A stretch of DNA of 64,000 nt from an uncultured Planctomycetota bacterium (GCA_963737655.1 CAVTTN010000002.1:1152001-1216000); one strand, 5' to 3'; counted from the stretch's first letter, positions 1 to 11,003 are shown. Translations and numbers: made by a program. Notes: generated from the sequence alone by a model not told the origin.

Positions 1-1835
1 TGACGGTGCTCTCGGTGTAAGGGCGGTCATCATCGGGGACGACCACGCGGAGCAGTCGCCGCCTGGCCGGGTCGAGCGTGGTCTCGAACAGGAGCTTCGC
101 CGGCATCTCGCCCAGCCCCTTGAACCGGGTGATGTTCGGCTTCGCGTTCTTCGGGAGCTTCGCGAGGATGCGGTCCTTCTGGGGGTCGTCGGCCGCCCAG
201 TACGTCTCCTGCCCGTGAGAGACCTTGTACAGGGGAGGGCAGGCGAGGTACACGCGGCCCTCGGCGAAGAGGCTCGGCAAGTGCCGATAGAAGAACGTGA
301 GCAACAAGGTGGCGATGTGGTGGCCGTCGCTGTCGGCGTCGGTCAGGAGGATGACCTTGCCGTAGCGGAGCCGCGCCGAGTCGTAGCCGTCGTCCATCCC
401 GCACCCCAGGGCGCTGACGATGTCGGTCAGCTCCTTGTTGTCCAGGACCTTGGCCTTGCCGGCCTGCTCGGCGTTGAGGACCTTGCCCTTGAGGGGCAGG
501 ATCGCCTGGATGTCGCGGTCGCGGCCCTGCTTGGCGGAGCCTCCGGCGGAGTCCCCCTCGACGATGAAGAGCTCCCGACTCCTCGGGGTTCGTGCTGTCG
601 CAGTCGTGGAGCTTGCCGGGGAGGTTCAGGCGGTTGGTGATCGCCGTCTTGCGGCGGACCTGGCTGGCGGCGGCGCGGCTGGCCTCCCGGGCCCGGGCCG
701 CCTGGATCACCCGGTTGGCGATCGCGTCGCCGATGCTCTTGTTCTTCAGGAGGAACCCTTCGAGGGCCGGCCTCACGGCCGACTCGACGAGCGAGCGGAC
801 CTCGGGGTTGTTCAATCGGTCCTTCGTCTGGCCCTGGAACTGCGGCTCGTGGAGGCAGACCGAGAGCACGGCGACCATGCCCTCGCGGATGTCTTCCTCC
901 TTGATTTCCATCCCTTTCTTGATCAGTTCGTGAGTGTCCATGAACTTGCGGACGGCCGCGCCGATGGCCTTGCGGAGGCCCTGCTCGTGGGTGCCGCCGT
1001 CCCGGGTGGGGATCGTGTTGACGAAGGAGCGGACGTCCTCGTCGGTGGCCTCGGTCCAGCCGAGCGCGAGGTTCACGCGGAAGTCGTCCTCGTCGCGTTC
1101 GAGGACGAACGGCTGGGGGGCGACCCTCTGGTCGTTCCTCGACCCGTTGATGGCGTCGAGGAAATCGGCCACGCCACCGTCGTGGCGGAACTCGGCCGAG
1201 GTCTTCCCCTTCTCGTCGATGAACTGGATCACCAACCCTTTATTCAGGTAAGTTTTCACGTCCAGGCGTTCGGTGATCAGCGTGGGGTCGAAGGACTGGT
1301 CGCGGAAGATCTCGGTGTCGGGCGTAAAGGTGATGGTGGTGCCGGTGCCCCGGGCGGGCTCGCCGGGCTCGACGCCCCCGAGCGGCTTGCCCCGGCGGTA
1401 GTTCTGGGTGTAGGTCCGGCCGTCGCGGCGGACCTCGGCCACGAGCGACTTGCTCAACGCGTTGACGACGCTGGCGCCGACGCCGTGGAGGCCGCCGGCC
1501 ACCTTGTAGGCGTCGTTGTCGAACTTGCCGCCGGCGTGGAGGGTCGTGAAGATGACCTCCAGGGCGCTCTGGCCGGTCTTCGGGTGCTTGTCGACGGGGA
1601 TGCCGCGGCCGTTGTCGGCGACGGTGGCGGTCCGGCCGTCGGGCCCGAGGGTGACGACGATCCGCGAGGCGTGGCCGTTCATGACCTCGTCCACGGAGTT
1701 GTCCACGATCTCCCAGAGGAGGTGGTGGAAGCCCGCCTTGTCCACCCCGCCGATGTACATCCCGGGGCGGCGGCGGACGGCCTCCAGGCCCTCCAGGACC
1801 GTGATCGAATCGGCGTTATACGTGCCCGAGGCCAT
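1..1835 (-). CDS. Type IIA topoisomerase subunit B (GyrB/ParE family); runs off the window start; apparent frameshift at ~575
   Basis: [55 protein letters not shown]. After removing one extra G near 575 it continues [47 protein letters not shown]. Confidence 0.93.
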
Positions 1836-1884
1836 CAGGGTCGTCCTCGATCGGGAGGCAGGTGCGAAATAGGATCTCGGAGGC

Positions 1885-2775
1885 TCAGGAGGCATCCTCG
1901 GCGGCCGGGCCGAGGAGGGCCCTGAGGCGTCGGACCTCGGCTTCCAGGTTCTCGGCCCTGGCCCGTTCGGCCGCGGCGGTCGCGCGCTCGGCCTCGGCCC
2001 TGGCCCGTTCGGCCGCGGCGGTCGCGCGCTCGGCCTCGGCTTTGGCTCGTTCGGCCGCAGCCTCGGCTCGCTCGGCCTCGGCGCGACCGTGTTCGTAGTC
2101 CGCCCGGATTCGCTCGTTCTCGGCCCGGATTCGCTCGTCCTCTCGAAGCCTCGCCCCAACCTGGAGGGCCTCGGTCTTCTCCTCGCTCGTCAGCAACGGC
2201 TGGCCGGTCGCCAGGTCGATCAGTCGGATCAAGGGGCCCTCGGGGACGAGCCGGAGGTTCAGCTCCTCGCTGACGAAACCGCCGTCGGCGTCGGGGACGA
2301 GTTCTTCATAGACGCCCTCCCGGAGCCTCAAGCCTCGGAACCGAGGGGTCAGGCATTCGCCGATCGGGTCGAAGAGGAAGTATTCGGGGATGCCGAGCCG
2401 GGCGTAGGTCTCGCGCTTCGGGCCGAGGTCCTCCTTGAGCGTATCCTCGGACGAGAATTCGAAGACGACCGACGGGACCGCCCCCTCGTTCCAGACCTTG
2501 AACGAGCGGCGCTCCGGCTCTCGGGGGACGCCCAGGATGACCATGCAATCCGGGCAGCGGACGGCCTTCGGATTGTGTTGCTCATAATAGAGAAACATAT
2601 TCCCCGCGATGTAGGCATCCCGGCCCGCGAGGTGGTCGCGCAGGACCTGGATCAGGTTGATGGCGGAGGTCGCATGCCAGCCGGTCTCGCCCAAGGGTTT
2701 GCCGTCCTCCGAGGGGTAGAAGACCCCGTCTTCCGTGTCGCTCGTCCGGGATCGGAACGCGGGCGCGATCGACAT
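1885..2775 (-). CDS. Uma2-family (PD-(D/E)XK) endonuclease with C-terminal coiled-coil repeats
   Basis: YPSEDGKPLGET..H, AGNMFLYY, PDCMV, PSVVFEFSS, PKRETYARLGIPEYFLFDP; AERARAE-type tail. Confidence 0.9.
   Translation of the reverse strand: MSIAPAFRSRTSDTEDGVFYPSEDGKPLGETGWHATSAINLIQVLRDHLAGRDAYIAGNMFLYYEQHNPKAVRCPDCMVILGVPREPERRSFKVWNEGAVPSVVFEFSSEDTLKEDLGPKRETYARLGIPEYFLFDPIGECLTPRFRGLRLREGVYEELVPDADGGFVSEELNLRLVPEGPLIRLIDLATGQPLLTSEEKTEALQVGARLREDERIRAENERIRADYEHGRAEAERAEAAAERAKAEAERATAAAERARAEAERATAAAERARAENLEAEVRRLRALLGPAAEDAS
1951..2140. repeat. Intragenic tandem repeats (42-bp and 21-bp units) encoding the Uma2 coiled-coil tail
   Basis: CTCGGCCCTGGCCCGTTCGGCCGCGGCGGTCGCGCGCTCGGC twice plus a degenerate copy; GCCCGGATTCGCTCGT twice at 21-bp spacing. 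Confidence 0.85.
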
Positions 2776-2787
2776 GGCAATGACTCC

Positions 2788-5253
2788 TTACTGCTCGACC
2801 TGATCGACGGGCGGCACGGGCTGGGCGTCGTCGTGGAGGACCGCGTCGAGCGAGCCCCTCTGGAGGATCGCGTATCCCTTGCCCCCCCGGGCGGTCACCG
2901 GGTACTTCGTGGCCCGGACGACCTGGGTCGAGCCTCGATTCGTGCGGACGGTCAGCCCCTCGCGCTTCTTCCCCGCCAGGGCGAAGCCGAGGACGCGGTC
3001 CATCGCGTCGAGCCTCACGGCCGTGACCCCCTTGGCCGCCCCGGAGACCACGTTCGCCTCGCCGACCGGGAAGATCAGGACCCGGGCGCTCTTCGTGGCC
3101 AGGCAGACGTTCTCCGAGCCGTCGCTGACCTCCACGCCGACGACCAGGTCGTCGGCCACGGCCGGGTCGAGCCTCACGACCGACCGGCCCTTGCGAGTGC
3201 TCACCGCCGCGAGAGCCGCCAGCGAGAATCGCAGCACCTTGCCGCCGGCCGTCATCGCCACGATGTAGGGCGGCGGGGGCAACGCCGGGTGGCCGTTGCC
3301 GTTGGCCGAGGGGCCGTCGCCGTTGGCCGCGAGGTCGTCGATCAGCGTGGCCTGGACGGCCTGGCTCGGCGGGGGGGCGTGGGAGACGTCGGGCAGGCAG
3401 CGCGGGTCGTGGCAGGCGGCGCCGACGAGGTGCTCGCGGTCCTCGAAGGCGAATTGCTTCTGGATCGGCTCGCCGTGGCCGGTGGTCAGCGGGATGTCGT
3501 TGACCCTCAGCGTGTAGGCGATCCCGCGATCGGTGAAGAACGTGATCGACTGCCGGGCCCGGGCCCGGTAGACCCAGCCCACCGAGTCCTCGTCGCGGAC
3601 CCGGATGCTCGCCACGTCGGTGAACGTCTTCTGCCTCTTGATCCAGCCCTCTCGGGTCACGATCACCCAGGCGTCCTCGTCGACGATGTAATCTTCCTCG
3701 CGGAACTCGATCGCGGGCAGGGGGCCTTCCAGGAGCTTCGTCCGCCGGGGGTCGCCGTAGGCGCGGCCGATCTCCTTGATCTCCTTGCGGATGATCTTCC
3801 ACCGGGCCGGCTCGTCGTCCAAAAGGCCCTGGATCTCGGCGGCCTTGAGCCGTTTTTCCTCCAGCTCCTTCAGGATGTCGGCGATCTCGAGCTTGCCGAG
3901 GCGATAGAGCTTCGTCTCCAGGACGGCGTCGGCCTGCTCGGCGGAGAGGCCGAAGCGGCTCATGAGCTTCGGGGCGGCGTCGGGCTTGCCGTTGCTGTCG
4001 CGGATGATCCGGATCGCCTCGTCCAGGTTGTTGAAGACGATCGCGAAGCCTTCGAGGACGTGGATTCGCCTCAAGAGCCCCTCAAGCTCGTTGCGGAGCC
4101 TCCGGGTGACGACCTCCAAACGGAAGTCGAGGAAGTGGAGCAGGATGCTCTTGAGGTCCAGCCGGTCCGGGACCGCCACCTCGGCCCCGGCGGCGGGCAG
4201 GAGGCACGTCAAATTGGCGTTGAAGTTGGTTTGAAGGGGCGTGTTCTTGAACAAATAGGCAAGCGCCGCGTCGGCGTTCGCCCCGGGCCGAAGCTCCAGC
4301 GCGATCCGCACGTCGTCGGTGCTCAGGTCCTTCACGTTCGTGAGCTGGGGCACCTTGCCCTGGCCGATCAATTCGCCGATCCGCTCGACCAGCGCGTCTT
4401 TCTCAATCCCATAAGGAATCGAGCTGATCAGCACCTGGTTCGGCCGGTCGGGATCGAGCGCATACTCGCCCCGGAGCTTGATCGTGCCCTGCCCGGTCGC
4501 GTAAACCTGCTGGATTTCCTCGGGAGTGCTGAGGATCAGGCCGCCGGTGGGGAAATCGGGCCCGGGGATCGATTTCAGGAGCTTCTCGAGGGGGAGTTCG
4601 CGATTGCCCTTCAGGACGGCGTCGAGCAGGGTGAGCAGGGCTTCGCAGACCTCGCCGAGGTTGTGGGGCGGGATGTTCGTGGCCATCCCGACGGCGATCC
4701 CCGCCGCCCCGTTGATCAGCAGGTTCGGCACCTGGGCCGGCAGGACCTCCGGCTCCTCGGCCGTGGCGGCGTAGTTCGGCTTCAGATTCACCGTCCGGTC
4801 GCGGAGCTCGGAGAGCATCTCCTGGGCGATCGGCGTCAGGCGGCATTCGGTGTAGCGCATGGCGGCCGGGGGGTCGCCGTCGAGCGAGCCGAAATTGCCG
4901 TAGCCGTCGATCATCGGGTAGCGGAGGCTGAACGGCTGGGCCATCCTCACCAGGGCGTCGTAGATCGACTGGTCGCCGTGGGGGTGGTAGCTCTTCATGA
5001 CCTCGCCGACGACCGCCGCGCTCTTGATATAGCGGCCGTCGGCCGTCACGCGGAGGTCGCTCCACATGGCGAAGAGGATGCGCCTCTGGACCGGCTTCAG
5101 GCCGTCGCGGACGTCGGGCAGGGCGCGCGAGGTGATGACGCTCAGGGCATAATTGAGGTAGCGAGAGCGCGTGGCCTCGGCCAGCGACACGTCCTCGACC
5201 ACGACCTTCGGCCGGGGGCCGAGGTCCTCGATCCGTCGGTTCCGCTTCGCCAT
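2788..5253 (-). CDS. Type IIA topoisomerase subunit A (GyrA/ParC family)
   Basis: YLNYALSVITSRALPDVRDGLKPVQRRIL, YHPHGD, GNFGS, AAMRYTE (catalytic Tyr), GIAVGMATNIPPHN, GPDFPTGG. Confidence 0.95.
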   Translation of the reverse strand: MAKRNRRIEDLGPRPKVVVEDVSLAEATRSRYLNYALSVITSRALPDVRDGLKPVQRRILFAMWSDLRVTADGRYIKSAAVVGEVMKSYHPHGDQSIYDALVRMAQPFSLRYPMIDGYGNFGSLDGDPPAAMRYTECRLTPIAQEMLSELRDRTVNLKPNYAATAEEPEVLPAQVPNLLINGAAGIAVGMATNIPPHNLGEVCEALLTLLDAVLKGNRELPLEKLLKSIPGPDFPTGGLILSTPEEIQQVYATGQGTIKLRGEYALDPDRPNQVLISSIPYGIEKDALVERIGELIGQGKVPQLTNVKDLSTDDVRIALELRPGANADAALAYLFKNTPLQTNFNANLTCLLPAAGAEVAVPDRLDLKSILLHFLDFRLEVVTRRLRNELEGLLRRIHVLEGFAIVFNNLDEAIRIIRDSNGKPDAAPKLMSRFGLSAEQADAVLETKLYRLGKLEIADILKELEEKRLKAAEIQGLLDDEPARWKIIRKEIKEIGRAYGDPRRTKLLEGPLPAIEFREEDYIVDEDAWVIVTREGWIKRQKTFTDVASIRVRDEDSVGWVYRARARQSITFFTDRGIAYTLRVNDIPLTTGHGEPIQKQFAFEDREHLVGAACHDPRCLPDVSHAPPPSQAVQATLIDDLAANGDGPSANGNGHPALPPPPYIVAMTAGGKVLRFSLAALAAVSTRKGRSVVRLDPAVADDLVVGVEVSDGSENVCLATKSARVLIFPVGEANVVSGAAKGVTAVRLDAMDRVLGFALAGKKREGLTVRTNRGSTQVVRATKYPVTARGGKGYAILQRGSLDAVLHDDAQPVPPVDQVEQ

Positions 5254-5422
5254 CGCCCCGTCACGCCCCCGGTTCGCCGTCCTGGAGAGGCCCCGTCCAT
5301 CGCCGCATGACCTACCCATTTTAGCCGGATCGGACAACCCCAAGCAACCGCAATACTGTACAAAATTCTAGAATGGCCCGGGAGGGTCGCGATTCGGCCG
5401 CCGGTCGCGCCCGGGTCGTTGA

Positions 5423-6133
<711 letters not shown>

Positions 6134-6194
6134 GCGGGCCGGGTCTCCTCCTCAGTTCAGAGGGTACTTGAATCTGTCGAGGATCGGCGGGAAA

Positions 6195-6209
6195 TGGCAC
6201 GGGCTGTGC
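6195..6209 (+). promoter_or_regulatory. Putative sigma54 (-24/-12) promoter
   Basis: TGGCACG-GGCT-GTGC versus consensus TGGCACG-N4-TTGC; about 85 nt upstream of the ATG at 6296. Confidence 0.6.
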
Positions 6210-6295
6210 GATAGGGATTCTCTCGACGAGAACACACATGAGCGGCCGCCTCCCGCCCGAGGCGGGCCGTTTTCCCTAACCGCGAACCGACACCC

Positions 6296-7498
6296 ATGAA
6301 CACCCACCGTCGTCCCCGGAACTTCAAGCTGGCCCTGGAAGAGCTGGACGCCCGGATCACGCCCGTAGCGGGCGCGGCCTCGGCGAGCGTGACGGCCTCG
6401 GTCCAACAGGCGGCGATCGCCCCGGTCACCACGGCCGCCGAGCACCGGGCCGAGCTCGTCGCCGAGAAGACCGCCGCCCGGGAGGCGCGCCAGGAGAAGC
6501 TCGCCGCCCAGAGGGAAGCCCGCCAGGAGAAGCTGGCGGCCCGTCGCGAGGCCCGGCTGGCCAGGCTCGACGCCCGGACCTCCACCACGGCCCTCCACAA
6601 CCTCCGATCCACGACCGCCCAGGCCGCCACGGCCGCCACCCCGACGGCTTCCCCCGCCTCGACCTTCCGCGCCCCGGGCTCGAACTTCACCGGGACCACC
6701 GGCTTGACCGTGATCCCCTCGGCCACGACCACCACCGCCGCGAGTAACGGCACCGGGACGACCGCCGCCGCCTCGACCACCGACTCGACCGGCTCGACCG
6801 CGACCACGGCCGGCTCCTCGGGCGGCACGACCTCGACGACGAACGCCGGGACGACGGTCATTTATTATCCGACGACCGGCACCGTCTCCCCCACGGGCGT
6901 GGGCACGGCCGGCACCTCCACGGCCAGCGGCGGGCTCACCGGGGTGACGACCGGCCAGGCCGTCGGCACCACCGGGATCACCACCGGGGCGCTCGGCGGG
7001 ACGTCCACCGGCGGAGTGACCACCAACGGCAGCACCGGGCTGGTCGAGAACACCTCGCTCTACGGCTCGCCGATCCAGCAGGAGCTGGCGGGCCAGCCGG
7101 CCGGCTCGTTGAATAACAACCTCGGCGCCGCCGCCCCGGGCTCGATCTTCAGCGCCTCGCCCACGTTCGACCCGACCAGCTCGATCTTCGGGGCCTCGCC
7201 GACCTACTCCGGCGGCAGCACCCTGCTCGGGTCGACGACTACCGGCGCCTTCCTGGGCCAGCCGGCCTCGAACCTGAACAACAACGTGACGAACCCGAAC
7301 GTCGCCGGCTCGATCTTCACCAGCTCGCCCACGTTCTCCTATCCGAGCTCGACGTTCTCCAGCTCGCCGACGTTCGCCTCGGGGGGTTCGATCTTCAGCG
7401 CGTCGCCGACGTTCAGCAGCGCCCCGTCGCTCTTCGGCAACTCGGTCCAGTACGCCAGCACGGTGGGTGCGCTGTACCGGGCGCCGACCAGTTATTAA
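6296..7498 (+). CDS. Putative secreted Thr/Ser/Gly-rich repeat protein with planctomycete extracellular leader motif
   Basis: N-terminal RRPRNFKLALEELDARITP; REARQEKLAA repeats; Thr/Gly low-complexity linker; 13-aa SIFSASPTF repeats; high GC3. Confidence 0.8.
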   Translation: MNTHRRPRNFKLALEELDARITPVAGAASASVTASVQQAAIAPVTTAAEHRAELVAEKTAAREARQEKLAAQREARQEKLAARREARLARLDARTSTTALHNLRSTTAQAATAATPTASPASTFRAPGSNFTGTTGLTVIPSATTTTAASNGTGTTAAASTTDSTGSTATTAGSSGGTTSTTNAGTTVIYYPTTGTVSPTGVGTAGTSTASGGLTGVTTGQAVGTTGITTGALGGTSTGGVTTNGSTGLVENTSLYGSPIQQELAGQPAGSLNNNLGAAAPGSIFSASPTFDPTSSIFGASPTYSGGSTLLGSTTTGAFLGQPASNLNNNVTNPNVAGSIFTSSPTFSYPSSTFSSSPTFASGGSIFSASPTFSSAPSLFGNSVQYASTVGALYRAPTSY

Positions 7499-7526
7499 GA
7501 TTTCCGGCTTCACGACCCTTCCGCCT

Positions 7527-7551
7527 CGGCCCGGGATGCCTTCCCGGGCCG
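7527..7551. terminator. GC-rich hairpin between convergent genes (probable terminator)
   Basis: CGGCCCGGGA-tgcct-TCCCGGGCCG, a perfect 10-bp stem. Confidence 0.55.
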
Positions 7552-7560
7552 TTGGCGTTT

Positions 7561-8412
7561 CTACGTCGCCCGGATCGCCGGCGGTTTCGGGGCGTGGTTC
7601 AGGCAGCGGCGGAGGCATTCGTAGCTCTGCTGGGCCGTCTCTTCGGCCCCCGCCGAGTAGTCGAACACCTCGACCGAGATCCAGCGGTCGTAGCCCGAGG
7701 CCGACAGGCAGCCGACGATCGGCCCGAAGTCCACCTCGCCCATCCCCGGCCCCCGCAAGTTCGTATCCTGGACGTGGACGTGACCCGCTTCCCGGGCGAA
7801 CCTCGTGAACAGCTCGACCACCGAGCCGCCCGGGTCGCCGCTCTGGGCCTTCACGTCCAGATGGAGCCGAAATTTGTCGTGATCGACCCGGCGGATCAGG
7901 TCGTTCGCCTGCGCGATCGAGGTGAGGAAATTCGTCTCCGTCGCCGCCAACGGTTCCAGGCAAAGCTCCACGCCGCACGCGCCGATCGCCGGCATGACCG
8001 CCGAGAACACCTCCGCCGCCCAGTCCATCGCGTGGTGAAAATCGACCTCGGGGAGCAAATCCCGCTGCTTCGGCGAGCCGAAGACCATCACCGAGCCGCC
8101 CAGCGCCTGGGTGGCCTCGGCCAGGCTCACGAGATAGTGGGCCGTCTGACGCCGGACCTGGCGATCGGGCGAAGTCAGGTAAAATCCCTCGGTCCTGGCG
8201 AGCAACCAGTGGAGGCCGATCGTCTCCAGACCGGAATCCTCGACGATCGTCCGCAACTCCCGGAGCCTCCAGAGGGGAAGGTCGGTGATCTTGGGAGCCA
8301 GGGTGAACGGGGCGATCTCCAGGCCGCCGTAGCCGATCGCCTTGACGGTCTGACAAACCCGGGCGAAGTCCCAGCCCTCGAACAGCTCGTTGCAGATGCC
8401 CAGGCGGATCAT
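7561..8412 (-). CDS. Sugar-phosphate isomerase/epimerase (xylose-isomerase-like TIM barrel)
   Basis: GICNELF, GYGGLEIAP, CLEPL, LHLDV, HVHVQD, WISVEVF metal-ligand pattern. Confidence 0.88.
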   Translation of the reverse strand: MIRLGICNELFEGWDFARVCQTVKAIGYGGLEIAPFTLAPKITDLPLWRLRELRTIVEDSGLETIGLHWLLARTEGFYLTSPDRQVRRQTAHYLVSLAEATQALGGSVMVFGSPKQRDLLPEVDFHHAMDWAAEVFSAVMPAIGACGVELCLEPLAATETNFLTSIAQANDLIRRVDHDKFRLHLDVKAQSGDPGGSVVELFTRFAREAGHVHVQDTNLRGPGMGEVDFGPIVGCLSASGYDRWISVEVFDYSAGAEETAQQSYECLRRCLNHAPKPPAIRAT

Positions 8413-8444
8413 CGCGATTCCCCCTTCGCCCCAGACCTCCTCAA

Positions 8445-8885
8445 TCACATCAAGCCCGCATTTTGCGCCGTCGCCTCGATGGCAGCCCGGAGGGTCACGT
8501 AGACGATCCCGGCGTCGATCGCGATCGTCCCGACGACCATCAGCCAGACCAGGGGCCGCAAGGGGCGGACGAACATCGAGAGCCAGAACCCGGCCACGGC
8601 GATTCCCGCCAGGGTCGCGACGACCCCGAAGACGTCGCGATGGCAGGCGACGGCCAGGGCCCAGACCAACCCCGGCCAGCCTCGGAAGGTCCGTGCCTGG
8701 TCCAGGCCGCCGGGGAGCATCGATCCCCAGACCATCGGCACGAGCCGGCTCGTCAATTGATACCCGAGCAGGAGCCCCAACGCCAGGACGAAGGGGGCCG
8801 TGGAGAACCGCGACCGCCGGGGCCGGGAAGGTCGGCTCATGGCCTTCAGGACGCGCTCAAACGCCCGATCGGTCGAGGGGTTCAT
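8445..8885 (-). CDS. Hypothetical membrane protein
   Basis: Three hydrophobic segments; overlaps the folD 3' end and lies just upstream of the epimerase, same strand. Confidence 0.65.
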   Translation of the reverse strand: MNPSTDRAFERVLKAMSRPSRPRRSRFSTAPFVLALGLLLGYQLTSRLVPMVWGSMLPGGLDQARTFRGWPGLVWALAVACHRDVFGVVATLAGIAVAGFWLSMFVRPLRPLVWLMVVGTIAIDAGIVYVTLRAAIEATAQNAGLM

Positions 8886-9753
8886 GGTCGGGGGTCGCCA
8901 GCTTCGCGGCCAGGAGGGTGTTCTTCATGAGCATGGCGATCGTCATCTTGCCCACCCCTCCGGGGACGGGCGAGATCCACGACGCGCATTGGCTCGCCGA
9001 TGGGAAATGGACGTCCCCGCAGAGCGTCCCGTCTTCTCGACGATGGATGCCCACGTCGATCACCACGGCGCCGGGCTTGACCCACTCGGCGGTGACCGAC
9101 TCGGCCCGGCCCACGGCGACGATCAGGAGGTCGGCCTCCCGGGCGATGGCCGGCGTGTCCTTCGAGGCGGTGTGGCAGACGGTCACCGTGGCGTCGCCGC
9201 CTCGGCCTTTTTGCATCAGGAGCAGGGCCATCGGCTTGCCCACGATGTTCGACCGGCCGAGGACCACGGCCCTCGCCCCGCTCGTGGCGATCTCGGCCGA
9301 GACGAGCATCTCCTGGACCCCCAACGGGGTACACGGGACGAACCGGGGGCGGCCGATCGTCAGGAGGCCGACGTTCTCGGGGTGGAACCCGTCCACGTCC
9401 TTCGCCGGGGCGACCCGTTCGATCACGTTTTGCTCATCCATGTGCCTGGGCAGGGGCAACTGGACGAGGATGCCGTGAATGGTCGGGTCGGCGTTCAGGC
9501 GATCGACGAGGTCGAGCAGGGCGGCCTCGGGGGCGTCGGCCGGCAGCCGTTCGAGCCGGCCGGCCATCCCGGCCGCCTTGCACGCGGCCCTCTTGTTGCG
9601 GACGTAGACCTCGCTGGCCGGATTGTCCCCGACGAGGACCGCCGCCAGACCCGGGACCACCCCGGTCGAGGCCGAGAACCTGGCCGAGTCCTCGGCGACC
9701 TCCCGCAAGATCGTCTCGGACAGGGCCTTACCGTCGAGGATGCGGGCGGGCAC
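8857..9753 (-). CDS. folD: Bifunctional methylenetetrahydrofolate dehydrogenase/cyclohydrolase
   Basis: ILDGK, VLVGDNPASEVYVRNK, GILVQLPLP, KDVDGFHP, PCTP, GRSNIVGKP, SPVPGGVG. GTG start inferred. Confidence 0.97.
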   Translation of the reverse strand: MPARILDGKALSETILREVAEDSARFSASTGVVPGLAAVLVGDNPASEVYVRNKRAACKAAGMAGRLERLPADAPEAALLDLVDRLNADPTIHGILVQLPLPRHMDEQNVIERVAPAKDVDGFHPENVGLLTIGRPRFVPCTPLGVQEMLVSAEIATSGARAVVLGRSNIVGKPMALLLMQKGRGGDATVTVCHTASKDTPAIAREADLLIVAVGRAESVTAEWVKPGAVVIDVGIHRREDGTLCGDVHFPSASQCASWISPVPGGVGKMTIAMLMKNTLLAAKLATPDHEPLDRSGV

Positions 9754-9855
9754 GGCGGGTCTCTCCCGAGGCCGATGGCGAGCGAATCCGATCCCTGCTC
9801 GCCCGATCTTACAAAAGCCGCCTCGGCGGATCGACCCGTCTCTCACCCTCGGCGA

Positions 9856-10371
9856 TCAATCCAGGTCGATATAATTGATCCCGCTGTCCCACTGGGGAGG
9901 GGTGCCGAGCCGGGGGCCGGCGCCTCGGTAGTTGGCCCGGGTGGGGTAGACGACCCCGCCGGCGGCCGGGAAGTTCGGGTAGGAGAAGCCGGTCCCGACC
10001 TCGGGGCGGAGGACGCCGTCATAGCCCCTCTGGTAGAGCTGGACCGGCGCGGCCTCGGCGCGGAAGACCGACAGGGGGCCGTAGATCGGCATCGCGGCGC
10101 CCTCGCCGTAAATGCCCAGGGGGGAGTAGCCGCCTCCGGCGTTGAAGTTGCCTCGGATGTTGACGAACGGCTGGGGATAGAAGGTGCCGAGCATCGGCGA
10201 GGGGGCCACTCCGGCGACCCTCGGGGCCGAGGTCGGGACGTATCGGGGGGTCGTCCGGCGGGCCCGCGGCCATCCGGCGGAGGCCGGGGTCGAGGCCCCC
10301 AGGGCCACGACGCCCGCCAGCAGCAGGAGGGGGCCCAGGGCCCGGGTTCGGGCGCAAACGCGATGGCTCAT
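9856..10371 (-). CDS. Hypothetical secreted protein (Gly/Pro/Tyr-rich)
   Basis: Signal-peptide-like N-terminus ending ASA; high GC3. Confidence 0.65.
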   Translation of the reverse strand: MSHRVCARTRALGPLLLLAGVVALGASTPASAGWPRARRTTPRYVPTSAPRVAGVAPSPMLGTFYPQPFVNIRGNFNAGGGYSPLGIYGEGAAMPIYGPLSVFRAEAAPVQLYQRGYDGVLRPEVGTGFSYPNFPAAGGVVYPTRANYRGAGPRLGTPPQWDSGINYIDLD

Positions 10372-10529
10372 CGGGGCGGCCTCGATTGGTGACGCCGGGG
10401 CCGAGGCGCGGGGGTCGGCCGCGCCTCGGAGAATCTTCAGCGATTCTACCCCATTTTTCGACCGACGGGGATGATTCTGACGGCGGCCCCGCCCTGGGCG
10501 GCGCGGATCAGACGATTGAGGACGATGGG

Positions 10530-11003
10530 TCAGTCCAGCGAGGCACCCACGGCCGAGGGCAGAAGGCGGTGCGACTCCTCGACGATCCGGGCCACGCCCT
10601 CGCCCAGGGGAGACGCCAGCAGCTCGTGGAACTTGCGGTCCAGGTCGGGATGCCGGGCCGCCGGGCCGGCGCCCCGGGAGGCGAAGTGCGGCCCTCCTCG
10701 CGAGCCATGCGCCGGGCTCTCACCCATCGGCGAGTCGGACCGGCCGAAGCTCGGCTCGCGGTACGCCTCCTCGACCGGCGAGGTCGCCGACTCCAGGTCC
10801 CACTCCGCGTTACCCAGCAGCACCTCGATCGACACATCCAGGGCCCGGGCGATCCTCCGCAAGGTCCCCGCCCGGGGCGTCTCGGTCTTCCCGCATTCAA
10901 TCTGGTACAGGGCGGTCCGGGAGATCGCCGCTCTACTGGCCAGCTCGTCCGGCCCCCAACCCTTGGCGTACCGACAGTCACGGATACGCTTCGCCAGATT
11001 CAT
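10530..11003 (-). CDS. XRE-family helix-turn-helix transcriptional regulator
   Basis: MNLAKRIRDCRYAKGWGPDELASRAAISRTALYQIECGK..TLRRIARALDVSIEVLL. Confidence 0.88.
   Translation of the reverse strand: MNLAKRIRDCRYAKGWGPDELASRAAISRTALYQIECGKTETPRAGTLRRIARALDVSIEVLLGNAEWDLESATSPVEEAYREPSFGRSDSPMGESPAHGSRGGPHFASRGAGPAARHPDLDRKFHELLASPLGEGVARIVEESHRLLPSAVGASLD

Noticed and set aside
2089..5310. Very long antisense ORFs (also 12075-15506, 22014-25397, 36359-40006, 41044-43833, 43629-46538)
   Set aside because: Shadow ORFs opposite well-supported genes, expected in high-GC DNA with few stop codons; no family motifs.
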